DNA of 32,000 nt from Candidatus Diapherotrites archaeon CG08_land_8_20_14_0_20_30_16 (GCA_002779075.1 PEXK01000050.1:72189-104188); one strand, 5' to 3'. Shown: positions 1 to 8,603, counted from the first letter of the stretch. Program-made: numbers and translations. Notes: generated from the sequence alone by a model not told the origin.

Positions 1-579
1 ATCATTTAATAATTTTGCAATTGATATTTCTTTTTTATAAAATTTTTGCATAATTGTATCTTTCAATAATAAAGAGGTAAATGCAAAAAATGAAAACACG
101 AAAATTATTAGGGCTAGATACCAAAGACTAAATATCAAAAACAAACCGCCCAATATTAATGCTAAAACAAAAGAAATAATTGTTGAATACCAGACCTCTT
201 TTGTTGGCCTTCTCAATAACAAAACTAAATAGTAAAGGCCATAAAATAAAATTGCTAAAAGCGAACTAAGAACCAAAACAATTAACAAAAATGGCATATT
301 ATTGTAAAATGGAAAATATAAAGCTAAACCGCTAAAGAATTTAATGTCTCCGCCACCTATTTTCCCAAATCTATAAAATATGTATCCTATTCCAAAAACA
401 ATAACAAATTGAACAAATGCCCACAATACATTTGGTGAAAAGAAAGCCAAAATTGCCCCTATAACTATAAAAGGCCAGTTTAACCAGTCATAAATGTATC
501 CTTTCTTATAATCAGTATATGCAGCAATCAATGCGCTAATAATTACAATTGCTATTTTAATTTCGATTAACATAAACAT
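1..579 (-). CDS. Type IV prepilin/preflagellin peptidase (A24 family, FlaK/PibD/EppA-like); 3' end runs off the window
   Basis: Absent from the ORF track because there is no stop inside the window. Translating the minus strand from ATG 579-577 gives 193 uninterrupted codons: MFMLIEIKIAIVIISALIAAYTDYKKGYIYDW...FYRFGKIGGGDIKFFSGLALYF... This is a polytopic membrane protein with the two Asp contexts typical of A24 aspartyl peptidases (TDxxxGxIxD near the N-terminus and GGGD). Confidence 0.7.
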   Translation of the reverse strand, partial: MFMLIEIKIAIVIISALIAAYTDYKKGYIYDWLNWPFIVIGAILAFFSPNVLWAFVQFVIVFGIGYIFYRFGKIGGGDIKFFSGLALYFPFYNNMPFLLIVLVLSSLLAILFYGLYYLVLLLRRPTKEVWYSTIISFVLALILGGLFLIFSLWYLALIIFVFSFFAFTSLLLKDTIMQKFYKKEISIAKLLND

Positions 580-591
580 CAATACAATAAT

Positions 592-1914
592 TTACTTTAT
601 CTTAAACTTCCTCTTCATCTTTTTCTGCATTTGTTTTTGCACAACTTTCTGCAGGTCTTCTTGCTTTAAGTCTTCTGGATTCTTGCCCTTCATCTTTTCA
701 AAGGTCTCTTTCATCATATTGTACTGTTTTATTAATAAACGTACATCCTCGAGCTTTGTGCCAGAACCTTTTGCAATTCTTTGCATTCTACTAGTGTTCA
801 AACAATCAGGGTGGTTTTTCTCATAAGGCGTCATTGAATCAATCATTACACTAAAGCCTTTTATTTTGCCTTCTGCTAAACCAGCAGCATCATCAGGAAT
901 TGCTTTGCCAAAACCCAACATTTTGGCAATTTTTGTTATACCGCCCATTTTGTTTGCAATTTTTAATTGCTTTTTGTAAACATTAAAATTAAATTCTTCA
1001 ATATCTTCAGGATTCATTTCTGCTTCCTGAACCTTGTCTAACAAGCCTTGTAAATCAGGATAACCCATTATTTGAGACAAATACCTTGTTGAATCAAATT
1101 GTTGTAAATCTTCAATCTTTTCGCCATTACCAATAAAAAAAACAGGGCATTTCAAATAAGCGCAAGCAGCTAATGCACCACCACCTTTAGCGGAACCATC
1201 CATTTTTGTTATTATAATTCCATTTAATCCTACAATTTCATTAAACTCTTTTGCCTGCTTTAATGCAATTTGACCAATATCTGCAGACAAAACCAAAAAA
1301 GACATATCTGGTTTTAACTCCTCCTTTATCTGCTTTAGTTCCTTTGATAATTCACTATTCAATGCGTCTCTACCAGCACTATCAACAATTATTATATCTC
1401 TATCTTTAAAATGTTGCCTGCCTAGTTTTACTGTTTCTTGCGCACTTTTTGAAACATTACCAAAGACCTCAAAATCTTTTGCATATTGCTTCAATTGTTC
1501 ATATGCTGCCATTCTATAAGTATCTGCGCAAATAATTCCTAAACTTAGCTTTTTTCTTTTATAATAATTAGCAATCTTGCCTGTTGTTGTTGTTTTTCCA
1601 GAACCAAACAAGCCACATAATAAAATTCTGTGTGGAATTTTGTTAAAATCTACAGGCAAACCAAAGAAACTAGCTAAAAGATCATAAATCCTTTTAATCA
1701 AATATTCTTTAGCTTCAACACCTTCAGGGAACTTTTCTCCTTTAAGCTCTTTAATCTTTTTGGACAGTTCAAAAACCAGAGATATTTCAACATCTGCAAT
1801 TATTAAGGCCTTTTGTATTTCTTTAGCAGTTTCATCTATAACCTCAGAAGTAACAAAATGCCTCTCGCCAAGCTTATCAAAGATTTCCCTTAATTTATCG
1901 CCAAACATATTCAT
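592..1914 (-). CDS. srp54: Signal recognition particle protein SRP54
   Basis: GTPase motifs are present (GLFGSGKTTTTGK, DSAGR, TKMDG), followed by a Met-rich M-domain tail. The track ORF begins at GTG 1923; ATG 1914 (MNMFGDKL...) is the more likely start. Confidence 0.93.
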   Translation of the reverse strand: MNMFGDKLREIFDKLGERHFVTSEVIDETAKEIQKALIIADVEISLVFELSKKIKELKGEKFPEGVEAKEYLIKRIYDLLASFFGLPVDFNKIPHRILLCGLFGSGKTTTTGKIANYYKRKKLSLGIICADTYRMAAYEQLKQYAKDFEVFGNVSKSAQETVKLGRQHFKDRDIIIVDSAGRDALNSELSKELKQIKEELKPDMSFLVLSADIGQIALKQAKEFNEIVGLNGIIITKMDGSAKGGGALAACAYLKCPVFFIGNGEKIEDLQQFDSTRYLSQIMGYPDLQGLLDKVQEAEMNPEDIEEFNFNVYKKQLKIANKMGGITKIAKMLGFGKAIPDDAAGLAEGKIKGFSVMIDSMTPYEKNHPDCLNTSRMQRIAKGSGTKLEDVRLLIKQYNMMKETFEKMKGKNPEDLKQEDLQKVVQKQMQKKMKRKFKIK

Positions 1915-1919
1915 AAAAA

Positions 1920-2948
1920 TCACAATAATTTTCTTAATCTATCTTCTAATTCTTTCTTATCTGGCAAATATAACTTATATTTAGAAATAAATAATTTATT
2001 TGATATGCTACCTAAAGCAAATTCAACTAGAACATCATCTTTTTCTGCAGATAAAATAATACCTATTGGTTCATTATCATCAGATACATTCTCTTCCTTT
2101 TTAAAATAATTTAAGTACATATTCATTTGACCAACATCTAAATGATCTGCTTTGCCTATTTTCAAATCAATCAACACAAAACATTTTAAGATTCTGTGGT
2201 AAAAAACCAAATCAATGTAAAAATGGTCGTTGTTCAATGTTATCCTGTATTGTCTACCAATAAAAGTAAACCCTTTTCCTAATTCTAATAAAAACATTTG
2301 TAAATTATCTATAATTTTCTGTTCTAATTCTTTTTCGGAAAAAGCATAATCTTCTGAAATTTTTAAAAACTCTAAAACATGTGGATCTCTAATTATATCT
2401 TCTGGTTTTTGTAAAATCAACCCTTGTCTAGACAAATCTAAAACACCTTGTTTGTCTTTGCTCAATGCAATTCTGTGAAATAATGCAGAATTAATCTGCC
2501 TTTTTAATTCCCTAACAGACCAATTTTCATTTATACTTTGTTTTTCATAAAAACTTCTTGCTAAATCATCATCTATTATTAAAAGCTCAACATAATGACT
2601 CCAAGTCAATTTAGCAGACAGCGTCTGCCATTTTGGATACTTTATGTAGAATGTGCGAATATTCAACAAATTCCTTCTACTAAACCCTTTACCATATTTC
2701 TCTTTTAAATCTCTAGACAATGTGTCCAACAAATTACTGCCATATTCTGCTTTTTCATTGCCTTTCTGTTCATATTCTACTATCTTCTTACCTATTTCCC
2801 AATAGGTATTAACTAAAGCAATATTTACTTCGTAAAATGCCTTTTTTCTAGCAAAATCTAAAAGATTGCCTATGTTTATAATTAAAGAACTATAATTCGA
2901 ATTTCTATTTGCTACCCCTTCTGATTTATCTATTAAATCTGTATTCAT
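1920..2948 (-). CDS. DUF1016/YhcG-family PD-(D/E)xK nuclease
   Basis: The N-terminal region (NTYWEIGKKIVEYEQ...AEYGSNLLDTLSRDLKEKYGKGFSRRNL..F) is typical of the YhcG family. The C-terminal nuclease core is YIDLVFYHRILKCFVLIDLKIGK (D...D/ExK). Its TGA stop lies 5 nt upstream of the srp54 ATG, or overlaps it as GTGA if the GTG start is used. Confidence 0.8.
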   Translation of the reverse strand: MNTDLIDKSEGVANRNSNYSSLIINIGNLLDFARKKAFYEVNIALVNTYWEIGKKIVEYEQKGNEKAEYGSNLLDTLSRDLKEKYGKGFSRRNLLNIRTFYIKYPKWQTLSAKLTWSHYVELLIIDDDLARSFYEKQSINENWSVRELKRQINSALFHRIALSKDKQGVLDLSRQGLILQKPEDIIRDPHVLEFLKISEDYAFSEKELEQKIIDNLQMFLLELGKGFTFIGRQYRITLNNDHFYIDLVFYHRILKCFVLIDLKIGKADHLDVGQMNMYLNYFKKEENVSDDNEPIGIILSAEKDDVLVEFALGSISNKLFISKYKLYLPDKKELEDRLRKLL

Positions 2949-2984
2949 ATTATATATATTAAGGAAAAAGCATTTAAATTGGGC

Positions 2985-3284
2985 TTAAAGAAAAACAGCA
3001 AATATCAAAACCAATAAAAATGCTACGGATAAAACAAGCCCAATAATCGATAATGTTGTTCTTTTTTTAAACAACTGAATAACACAAAAAATAACACTAA
3101 AAATAGTTAAAATCAAGCTTAAGAAATTAAAAATTATGAACAAATCCACAAAAGAACCAAAATCCTTTACAGCATTAGGTAAAAAGAACCAAGGTACAAA
3201 CATACTAATTATTGCAATAATAATAAATACAAATCCAATAACCCCTATTGTTCCAAATTTTTGTTCTTTAAACTTATTTTCCAC
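2985..3284 (-). CDS. Small integral membrane protein (about 3 TM helices), unknown function
   Basis: 99-aa ORF with three hydrophobic segments. It is the first gene of the minus-strand string 3284->1. No recognisable family. Confidence 0.5.
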   Translation of the reverse strand: MENKFKEQKFGTIGVIGFVFIIIAIISMFVPWFFLPNAVKDFGSFVDLFIIFNFLSLILTIFSVIFCVIQLFKKRTTLSIIGLVLSVAFLLVLIFAVFL

Positions 3285-3333
3285 AAATTACAAACAGCAT
3301 AAAGCTTTATATTTCTTATTCTTTCTTTGTATT

Positions 3334-4137
3334 ATGCAACAAGTAACTAAAGCATCAGGAAATATAGAACCCTTCAATTCTGATAAGATTTATTACTCTA
3401 TTTTGAGTGCTGGGGCTTCAAAATCATTAGCAATTGAAACCATCAATATAGTAAAGAAAAAATACTATAAAGGAATTTCAACACAAGAAATCTTGGATGT
3501 CGTATTAAAGAATTTGAAAAAAGAAAAAGGTGTTGCACAAAGATATGATTTGAAAAGAGCAATAATGAATTTAGGGCCATCTGGTTTTCCTTTTGAAGAA
3601 TATTTTGCAAGAATATTAAATAATTATGATTATAATACCAAAGTAAATAATTATATCAAAGGAAAAAGAATTACACATGAAATTGATATTGTTGCAAAAA
3701 AACACAATTTATCGTATATGATTGAATGCAAATACCACAACGAAGCAGGGATACAAACAAAATTGCATGTTGCAATGTACACTTATGCAAGATTTTTAGA
3801 TGTTAGCAAATTTGATGTTCCTTGGTTAGCAACAAATACTAAATGCGTAAACGAAGCAGAAGAATACGCTAAAGGGATTAACCTAAAAATAACTTCCTGG
3901 AATTATCCTAAAAGAGAATCTTTAAGAGATCTAATTGAAAAAAAGGATCTGTATCCAATAACCAGCATAAAATACATTGATGAAAAAATAAAAGAAAAAT
4001 TATTTTCTGCAAATATTGTTCTGGCAAAGGATTTGTTAGGCTACACAACAAAAGAATTAGTTTTACAAACTGGTTTAAAGGAAAAAGAAATAAATACTAT
4101 ACTAAATGAAGTAAAAGAGATTTGTGGAATTAAGTAA
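3334..4137 (+). CDS. ATP-cone domain + Mrr-like restriction-endonuclease-fold domain + C-terminal helix-hairpin-helix protein
   Basis: Start moved to ATG 3334, because track ORF 3136-3333 overlaps the opposite-strand membrane gene. The N-terminus (MQQVTKASGNIEPFNSDKIYYSI...ISTQEILDVV...AQRYDLKRAI) has the ATP-cone pattern. The middle (FPFEEYFARIL...THEIDIVAKK...YMIECKYH) has the PD-(D/E)xK (D...ExK) Mrr-like pattern. The C-terminus (LAKDLLGYTTKELVLQTGLKEKEINTIL) is HhH-like. Confidence 0.75.
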   Translation: MQQVTKASGNIEPFNSDKIYYSILSAGASKSLAIETINIVKKKYYKGISTQEILDVVLKNLKKEKGVAQRYDLKRAIMNLGPSGFPFEEYFARILNNYDYNTKVNNYIKGKRITHEIDIVAKKHNLSYMIECKYHNEAGIQTKLHVAMYTYARFLDVSKFDVPWLATNTKCVNEAEEYAKGINLKITSWNYPKRESLRDLIEKKDLYPITSIKYIDEKIKEKLFSANIVLAKDLLGYTTKELVLQTGLKEKEINTILNEVKEICGIK

Positions 4138-5397
4138 TTACTTTTTTCCCAATAACCATTTCCAAACAGGCTTAACATAAATTGTTTTTTTGTCTTGTTT
4201 TATTATTTGTTCTTGATTATAAGTTAAAATTACTCCTGAATTTAAATTCAAATCTGTTATTGCATTTAACAACCCGTTTACTTCTCTAGATTTATCTTTG
4301 TCTGTTAATTCATATGTAACTTGTATGCACTCTTTAACTTTATCATTTTCACAAACCACAAAATCACACTCTAAATCATTCTTGTAATAATATATCTTTC
4401 TTCCTGTAGCATATAACTCTAAAAAAATCAAATTTTCTAATTTTAGACCAAAATCTTCTTTTACATCAAAAAGAGAAACATACCCGTTATCTATAAAATA
4501 CATTTTTTTACCAAAACTCCTAGTTCTCAAAGATTTTCTATATTGGGATAAAGATAAAACTAAAAAATTGTCTTCAAAAACCTGAAAATAATTATATACT
4601 TTATTTTTATCTATTTTATAATCAATACTTTTAAAAAATGAATTGTAAGAATTTATTGTAACTTCACTTTTTATATTTTCTCTTATTTTTTTAAGCAATA
4701 ATTTTATTTCTAATTCGTTAAAATCAGAATTTGTTTTAAGAACATCACTAACACCCAATTCAAAATAAGATGTTAATATATCCTCTTTTTTATTACTTAA
4801 AACCACTTCTGGAAACCCACCATATTGAAGATATTCTCTAAATAAATTTATAATCTTAGCATTTGGTTGAATTAACACATCTCTTTTAGTAAACCCCTTA
4901 AAATATAAAAAACATTCAAAATTTAAAGGAAGAACTTTTTTCTCAATAAATCTTGCACCCCTCAAAGATCGTGAATTAGCATTTAACATTCTTGAATTTG
5001 AGCCAGTTACAAAAACCCTATATTGGTTGTCTACCAAATTTCTAACATATCTTTCCCAATTATCTATATGTTGAATCTCGTCTAAAAGCAAAATTGGTTT
5101 TTTATTAGGATGTATAGAATTATAAGTCAACAAAATACTATCTAAATTCTCTGATTTAAAATTAACTAATTTAGGGGCTTCAAAATTAATAAATATAAAA
5201 TCCTCTTTACTCAAACCTTTTTCAACAAGTAAATCACAAATCTCATATAATAAAGTACTTTTGCCTGCGCGTCTTGGCCCTATTAATAAATAAGATGAAT
5301 TCCCTGAGACTACATTTATCGCAATATCTCTATTTATAAAATTATTCTTGCCCGTCCAAAATTTACGATATAATTCTAATAAAATATCTTCAAACAT
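4138..5397 (-). CDS. COG1373-type AAA+ ATPase (AAA_14 + DUF4143-like C-terminal domain), copy 1
   Basis: Walker A is LLIGPRRAGKSTLL and Walker B is ILLLDEIQHIDNW, with a long C-terminal domain as in DUF4143 proteins. Its stop codon (4138-4140) abuts the TAA of the convergent ATP-cone gene (4135-4137) with zero spacer. Confidence 0.8.
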   Translation of the reverse strand: MFEDILLELYRKFWTGKNNFINRDIAINVVSGNSSYLLIGPRRAGKSTLLYEICDLLVEKGLSKEDFIFINFEAPKLVNFKSENLDSILLTYNSIHPNKKPILLLDEIQHIDNWERYVRNLVDNQYRVFVTGSNSRMLNANSRSLRGARFIEKKVLPLNFECFLYFKGFTKRDVLIQPNAKIINLFREYLQYGGFPEVVLSNKKEDILTSYFELGVSDVLKTNSDFNELEIKLLLKKIRENIKSEVTINSYNSFFKSIDYKIDKNKVYNYFQVFEDNFLVLSLSQYRKSLRTRSFGKKMYFIDNGYVSLFDVKEDFGLKLENLIFLELYATGRKIYYYKNDLECDFVVCENDKVKECIQVTYELTDKDKSREVNGLLNAITDLNLNSGVILTYNQEQIIKQDKKTIYVKPVWKWLLGKK

Positions 5398-5423
5398 ATT
5401 AATATAACATATTACTAGTATAA

Positions 5424-5479
5424 ATAGTTTCCGCTATTTACGGAAACATACTTAATATAGTTTCCGCTATTTACGGAAA
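5424..5479. repeat. Two identical 23-nt direct repeats (ATAGTTTCCGCTATTTACGGAAA) at a 33-bp period, each containing the inverted repeat TTTCCG-N7-CGGAAA; putative operator pair
   Basis: Copies lie at 5424-5446 and 5457-5479. They sit directly upstream of a TATA-like TTTATA (minus-strand reading of about 5417-5424) and 27-82 nt upstream of ATPase start 5397. Confidence 0.7.
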
Positions 5480-5547
5480 TACAAGTCAATGATGCAAATT
5501 ACATGTATTACCTAAAACAAGACCGGGTTTTAAATAACTTATCCTAA

Positions 5548-6222
5548 TTAATTTAATTTAAATGGATTAAAATTAGTTTTATTATCATAATAATCTTCGT
5601 GTTCTTTCTTCTTTAACCAACCAATAACTAAATAAGTTACAGGAGTTAATATTGTTTCTAATAAAACTTTCAAAAACCAGCCAAATAAAATAGATATCAA
5701 TAAAATGTTGTTTGGAATAACGCCATATAAAGCAATAGAATAAAATAATATTGTATTTGCACCCTCACCAAATATTGTAGAACCTATTGTTCTTGTCCAC
5801 AAATATTTTCCTTTTGTCCAAATTTTCATTTTTGCTAAAACAAAATCATTTAATATTCCGCCAACCCAAACAGCAATCCAGCCACCAATTAATATTCTTG
5901 GTACTTGCCCTAATACAATTTTGTATGCTTCATTAGCACCAAAACCGGGTGCAGGACTTAAAATGGATACTAACCAATAAACTAATCCTGCTAAAACAGA
6001 TGCAAAAAACACATATCAAACTACTTTTCTTGCTTGTGCATAACCATAAACTTCAGTAAGTACATCTGAAATAATATAAGTTATTGGAAAATACAAAACA
6101 GTAACAGAAACAATAAAAGGGCCCTATGCAATTAATTTTGTTGCAGTAACATCTGAAATTAATTGAAATACAATATATAATATTGTAAACAATCCCAAAT
6201 ATTTGTAAGCTCTATTTTGCAT
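5548..6222 (-). pseudogene. yhhQ: YhhQ/VUT-family (queuosine-precursor, preQ0/preQ1) transporter, interrupted by in-frame TAG and TGA
   Basis: A single 225-codon frame runs from ATG 6222 to TAA 5548: MQNRAYKYLGLFTILYIVFQLISDVTATKLIA[TAG 6126-6124]GPFIVSVTVLYFPITYIISDVLTEVYGYAQARKVV[TGA 6018-6016]YVFFASVLAGL...TRTIGSTIFGEGANTILFY... There are no frameshifts. Family motifs (FP.TY...D.LTEVYGY..AR) lie between the two stops. Confidence 0.75.
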
Positions 6223-6243
6223 AATAAAATACTTCCAACAGGT

Positions 6244-7293
6244 TTATATAACTTGCTCTAAGAACTCTTTATCAAAAAATGCAATGTCTTTGTATTCTTG
6301 TCCTACGCCTAAGAAAAGAACAGGTTTCTTTAGGCCTAAAGAAATTGAAAGCAAAGTACCGCCTTTTTCATCAACATCTACTTTTGCAAGTATAAACGCA
6401 TCAAATTGCACATATCTATTAAAAGATTCTGCTTGCATTAATGCTGTTTGCCCTGCAATAGCTTCAGCTACAAATACAATGAAGTCTGGTTTGATAACAT
6501 TCTTTATTTTTGTTAATTCTTTCATTAAATTTTGTGCATTGTCTTGCCTGCCTGAAGAATCAACTAAAACAAAATCAATATTTTTTGATTTGGCAAATGT
6601 TAAAGCATCATATGCAACACTTGCAGGATCCCTGCCATACTTGCCCTTTATTATAGGCACCTGCAATTTGTTTGCATGCCCTTCTAACTGGTCAATTGCA
6701 GCAGCCCTGTAGGTATCTGAAGCACTTAAAACAACAGTTTTTTTATTTTGTTTTAGATAATAAGCAAGTTTTGCGATATTAGTTGTTTTGCCACCACCAT
6801 TTGTTCCAACAAACAAAATAGTATATGGTTTTTTTGATTGATTAAAAAAAGATTCATCGAGAGCTTTAGGATAGTTTTCAAAAACAATATCTAAAAATAG
6901 TTTCTTTAAATATTCTTCTTGATGGGTCTTTGAAACGCCTTCTTTTTTTATTTTTTCTCTTAATGATTTTTTTAATATCTCACATACTTGTAAAGAAACA
7001 TCACTTTGCAACATAGATAATTCGAACATGTCAATTAAATCATCTATTTCTTTATCACTTAAAGAATATTTATCTGCAAAAACAGCTTTTAATTTAGTAA
7101 AAAGGGAAACCTGCGCTTTCTTTTCTTTTTTAATTTCTTTAATAACTTTTGTTTTTTCTTTTATTTTATTAAGTGTTTCAGCAGGTTTCAATTCTGGTTT
7201 TATTTCCTCTTTTTTTTCTTCTTTATTAGTTTCTTGGAACAGACCTAACTTCTCAGATAAAGTCTGTAATCCTTTCTTAAGGCTAGCAAACAA
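6244..7293 (-). CDS. ftsY: Signal recognition particle receptor FtsY
   Basis: SRP-GTPase motifs are present (GTNGGGKTTNIAKLA, DSSGR, AKVDVDEKGG) after a K/E-rich N-terminal region. The apparent start is TTG at 7293 (MFASLKKGL...). Confidence 0.92.
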   Translation of the reverse strand: MFASLKKGLQTLSEKLGLFQETNKEEKKEEIKPELKPAETLNKIKEKTKVIKEIKKEKKAQVSLFTKLKAVFADKYSLSDKEIDDLIDMFELSMLQSDVSLQVCEILKKSLREKIKKEGVSKTHQEEYLKKLFLDIVFENYPKALDESFFNQSKKPYTILFVGTNGGGKTTNIAKLAYYLKQNKKTVVLSASDTYRAAAIDQLEGHANKLQVPIIKGKYGRDPASVAYDALTFAKSKNIDFVLVDSSGRQDNAQNLMKELTKIKNVIKPDFIVFVAEAIAGQTALMQAESFNRYVQFDAFILAKVDVDEKGGTLLSISLGLKKPVLFLGVGQEYKDIAFFDKEFLEQVI

Positions 7294-7351
7294 AATGAAT
7301 CACCAAATAACAAAATATCAAACCAATACAGAATTAATAGACAAAATTACT

Positions 7352-7927
7352 TTATAAATTATCCTGTTTAGCTTGTGATTTTTGTTGTAATTGTGTTAAA
7401 TATTTGTACAATTGGTTCAAATTTTGCTGAGTTTGTGTTTGTAGTTGATGTAATTTCTTTGCACTGTCTATAGCGGAAGTCTTTCTTTTTTCTAAATTAG
7501 AAATAATTTTTTCAGTTGTTCGAAAAATCATTGCTTTTGTTCCTGTATTCACACAAAAATTCTTTGTGTCTTCAATTTTTGCTTTTGCAAAAATACCGTT
7601 GCCAAAATTAATAAAAACTTCTTTTCCTTTTGAATCTTTTAACTCTTTCAACGCAAATATTGTTTTATCTGTTTCAAAAATTGCTTGCTCTACTTTTGTT
7701 AAATCATTATTTAAATGCTCAAGTTTGTGTTGCTCGTCTTGAAAAAATTTATATGCTTCCTGGGGTGTTAATTGTATTTTCTTAACAATCTTTTGCTTTT
7801 GCTGATCCTTAATCTCTTCTGCTTTTTCTTGTGATTTTTCTTCCTCTTTTTTTTTAGATTTCTTTTCTGTTTTCAATTCTTCTTTTATTTCTGTCTTTTT
7901 TTCTTTATATTTATTATCTTTTTTCAT
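7352..7927 (-). CDS. pfdA: Prefoldin alpha subunit with K/E-rich N-terminal extension
   Basis: Coiled-coil, beta-hairpin (FINFGNGIFAKAKIEDTKNFCVNTGTKAMIFRT), coiled-coil layout. The position between aIF6 and FtsY matches the conserved archaeal cluster. Confidence 0.8.
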   Translation of the reverse strand: MKKDNKYKEKKTEIKEELKTEKKSKKKEEEKSQEKAEEIKDQQKQKIVKKIQLTPQEAYKFFQDEQHKLEHLNNDLTKVEQAIFETDKTIFALKELKDSKGKEVFINFGNGIFAKAKIEDTKNFCVNTGTKAMIFRTTEKIISNLEKRKTSAIDSAKKLHQLQTQTQQNLNQLYKYLTQLQQKSQAKQDNL

Positions 7928-7935
7928 AAAACCAC

Positions 7936-8595
7936 CTAATTATACAAAATATCTGTTATTCTTATTAATTCATAACCTGTTGTTTTTCTTCCAACTATAA
8001 TTCCATTATCATTCAGTAGCATTCCATTTGCAATAAAACCATCGCCAAAATTTACTGTTGCAATATTTCCTTTTACTTTGAAAATACTTTCTATCTTTTT
8101 AATGTCTTGGGTAGTTGCACTTGGAGCAACAGCAAAACCATTTTTATTAACTAACAAATAACTTCCTATTGCCGGCAATTGCCCTACTTGAAAAGTAATT
8201 GCTTTAACACCTAAAAATTCATCAATAACTTTAACTGATTTAGACTTGAATTCTTTACTCAAAACCACTTGTTTCTGATTTGTTGCAAATAGATTGCCAA
8301 CTGCAAAGTATTGATCCAACAGAAGAACTTCAAAACCATTGGATTCGAAAAATTTAATATCTTCTTCCCCAGAGATTTTAGACAAAATGACTTTATTATT
8401 GTATAGCTTTGCAAGCACACCATTTAAATGCGATTCTGCAATATTATGCTTTAAACATTCAACACCCAAAGTTTTTTCTATAACTTTGCATTCAGAAACA
8501 GAGACTGAAGTTGGAACTATTGCTTTATCTTTTCCTAAAGCAACATAAATTCCTATGTGTGATGTGTTATTAATATCCAATTTGGCCAGTTCCAT
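7936..8595 (-). CDS. eif6: Translation initiation factor 6 (aIF6)
   Basis: 219 aa with the pentein-like repeated pattern (GNLFATN..., VNFGDGFIANG...). Conserved neighbourhood with L31e/L39e. Ends in TAG. Confidence 0.88.
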   Translation of the reverse strand: MELAKLDINNTSHIGIYVALGKDKAIVPTSVSVSECKVIEKTLGVECLKHNIAESHLNGVLAKLYNNKVILSKISGEEDIKFFESNGFEVLLLDQYFAVGNLFATNQKQVVLSKEFKSKSVKVIDEFLGVKAITFQVGQLPAIGSYLLVNKNGFAVAPSATTQDIKKIESIFKVKGNIATVNFGDGFIANGMLLNDNGIIVGRKTTGYELIRITDILYN

Positions 8596-8603
8596 TTTAA
8601 GAC

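Noticed and set aside
3136-3333. Long N-terminal extensions offered by the ORF track (3136 for the ATP-cone gene, 10184 for S19e, 28028 for RNase Z, 23813 for the repeat protein, 17527 for MFS, 20272 for ndk, 22126 for pmbA)
   Set aside because: The extensions start at non-ATG codons or overlap neighbouring genes or promoters, encode junk-like hydrophobic sequence, and precede an ATG that aligns with the conserved N-terminus of the family.
5424-5479. Mini-CRISPR array (and likewise 26718-26772)
   Set aside because: There are only two repeat copies, the intervening segments are only 9-13 nt, the repeats are only 19-23 nt, no cas genes are nearby, and the position fits promoter-proximal operators.
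6016-6126. Genome-wide stop-codon reassignment (TGA=Trp and/or TAG=sense, Sec or Pyl) as the explanation for the in-frame stops in yhhQ
   Set aside because: Both codons clearly terminate conserved genes in this same window. TGA ends S19e (9657-9659) 1 nt before the next ATG, and ends Csl4 in an ATGA overlap (11805-11808). TAG ends aIF6 (7936-7938) and L31e (8604-8606) at their expected lengths. No SECIS-like or PYLIS-like context is evident. A local pseudogene or sequence error is more parsimonious.
6284-6712. Track ORFs antisense to clear genes (for example 6284-6712, 7028-7357, 8339-8548, 8635-9045, 9030-9275, 10175-10519, 11525-11707, 12160-12417, 13107-13508, 13130-13342, 15004-15192, 15408-15602, 18071-18304, 18551-19015, 18843-19112, 19577-19759, 20436-20654, 21179-21436, 22317-22550, 22572-22754, 23124-23330, 24268-24513, 24573-24758, 26480-26689, 28047-28277, 29819-30076, 30658-30893, 30884-31243, 31327-31599, 1760-1984)
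   Set aside because: Each lies fully within or opposite a gene with strong family motifs. Their translations are low-complexity Ser/Phe/Leu/Ile-rich mirror images of K/E/N-rich coding sequence, as expected for shadow ORFs in AT-rich DNA.
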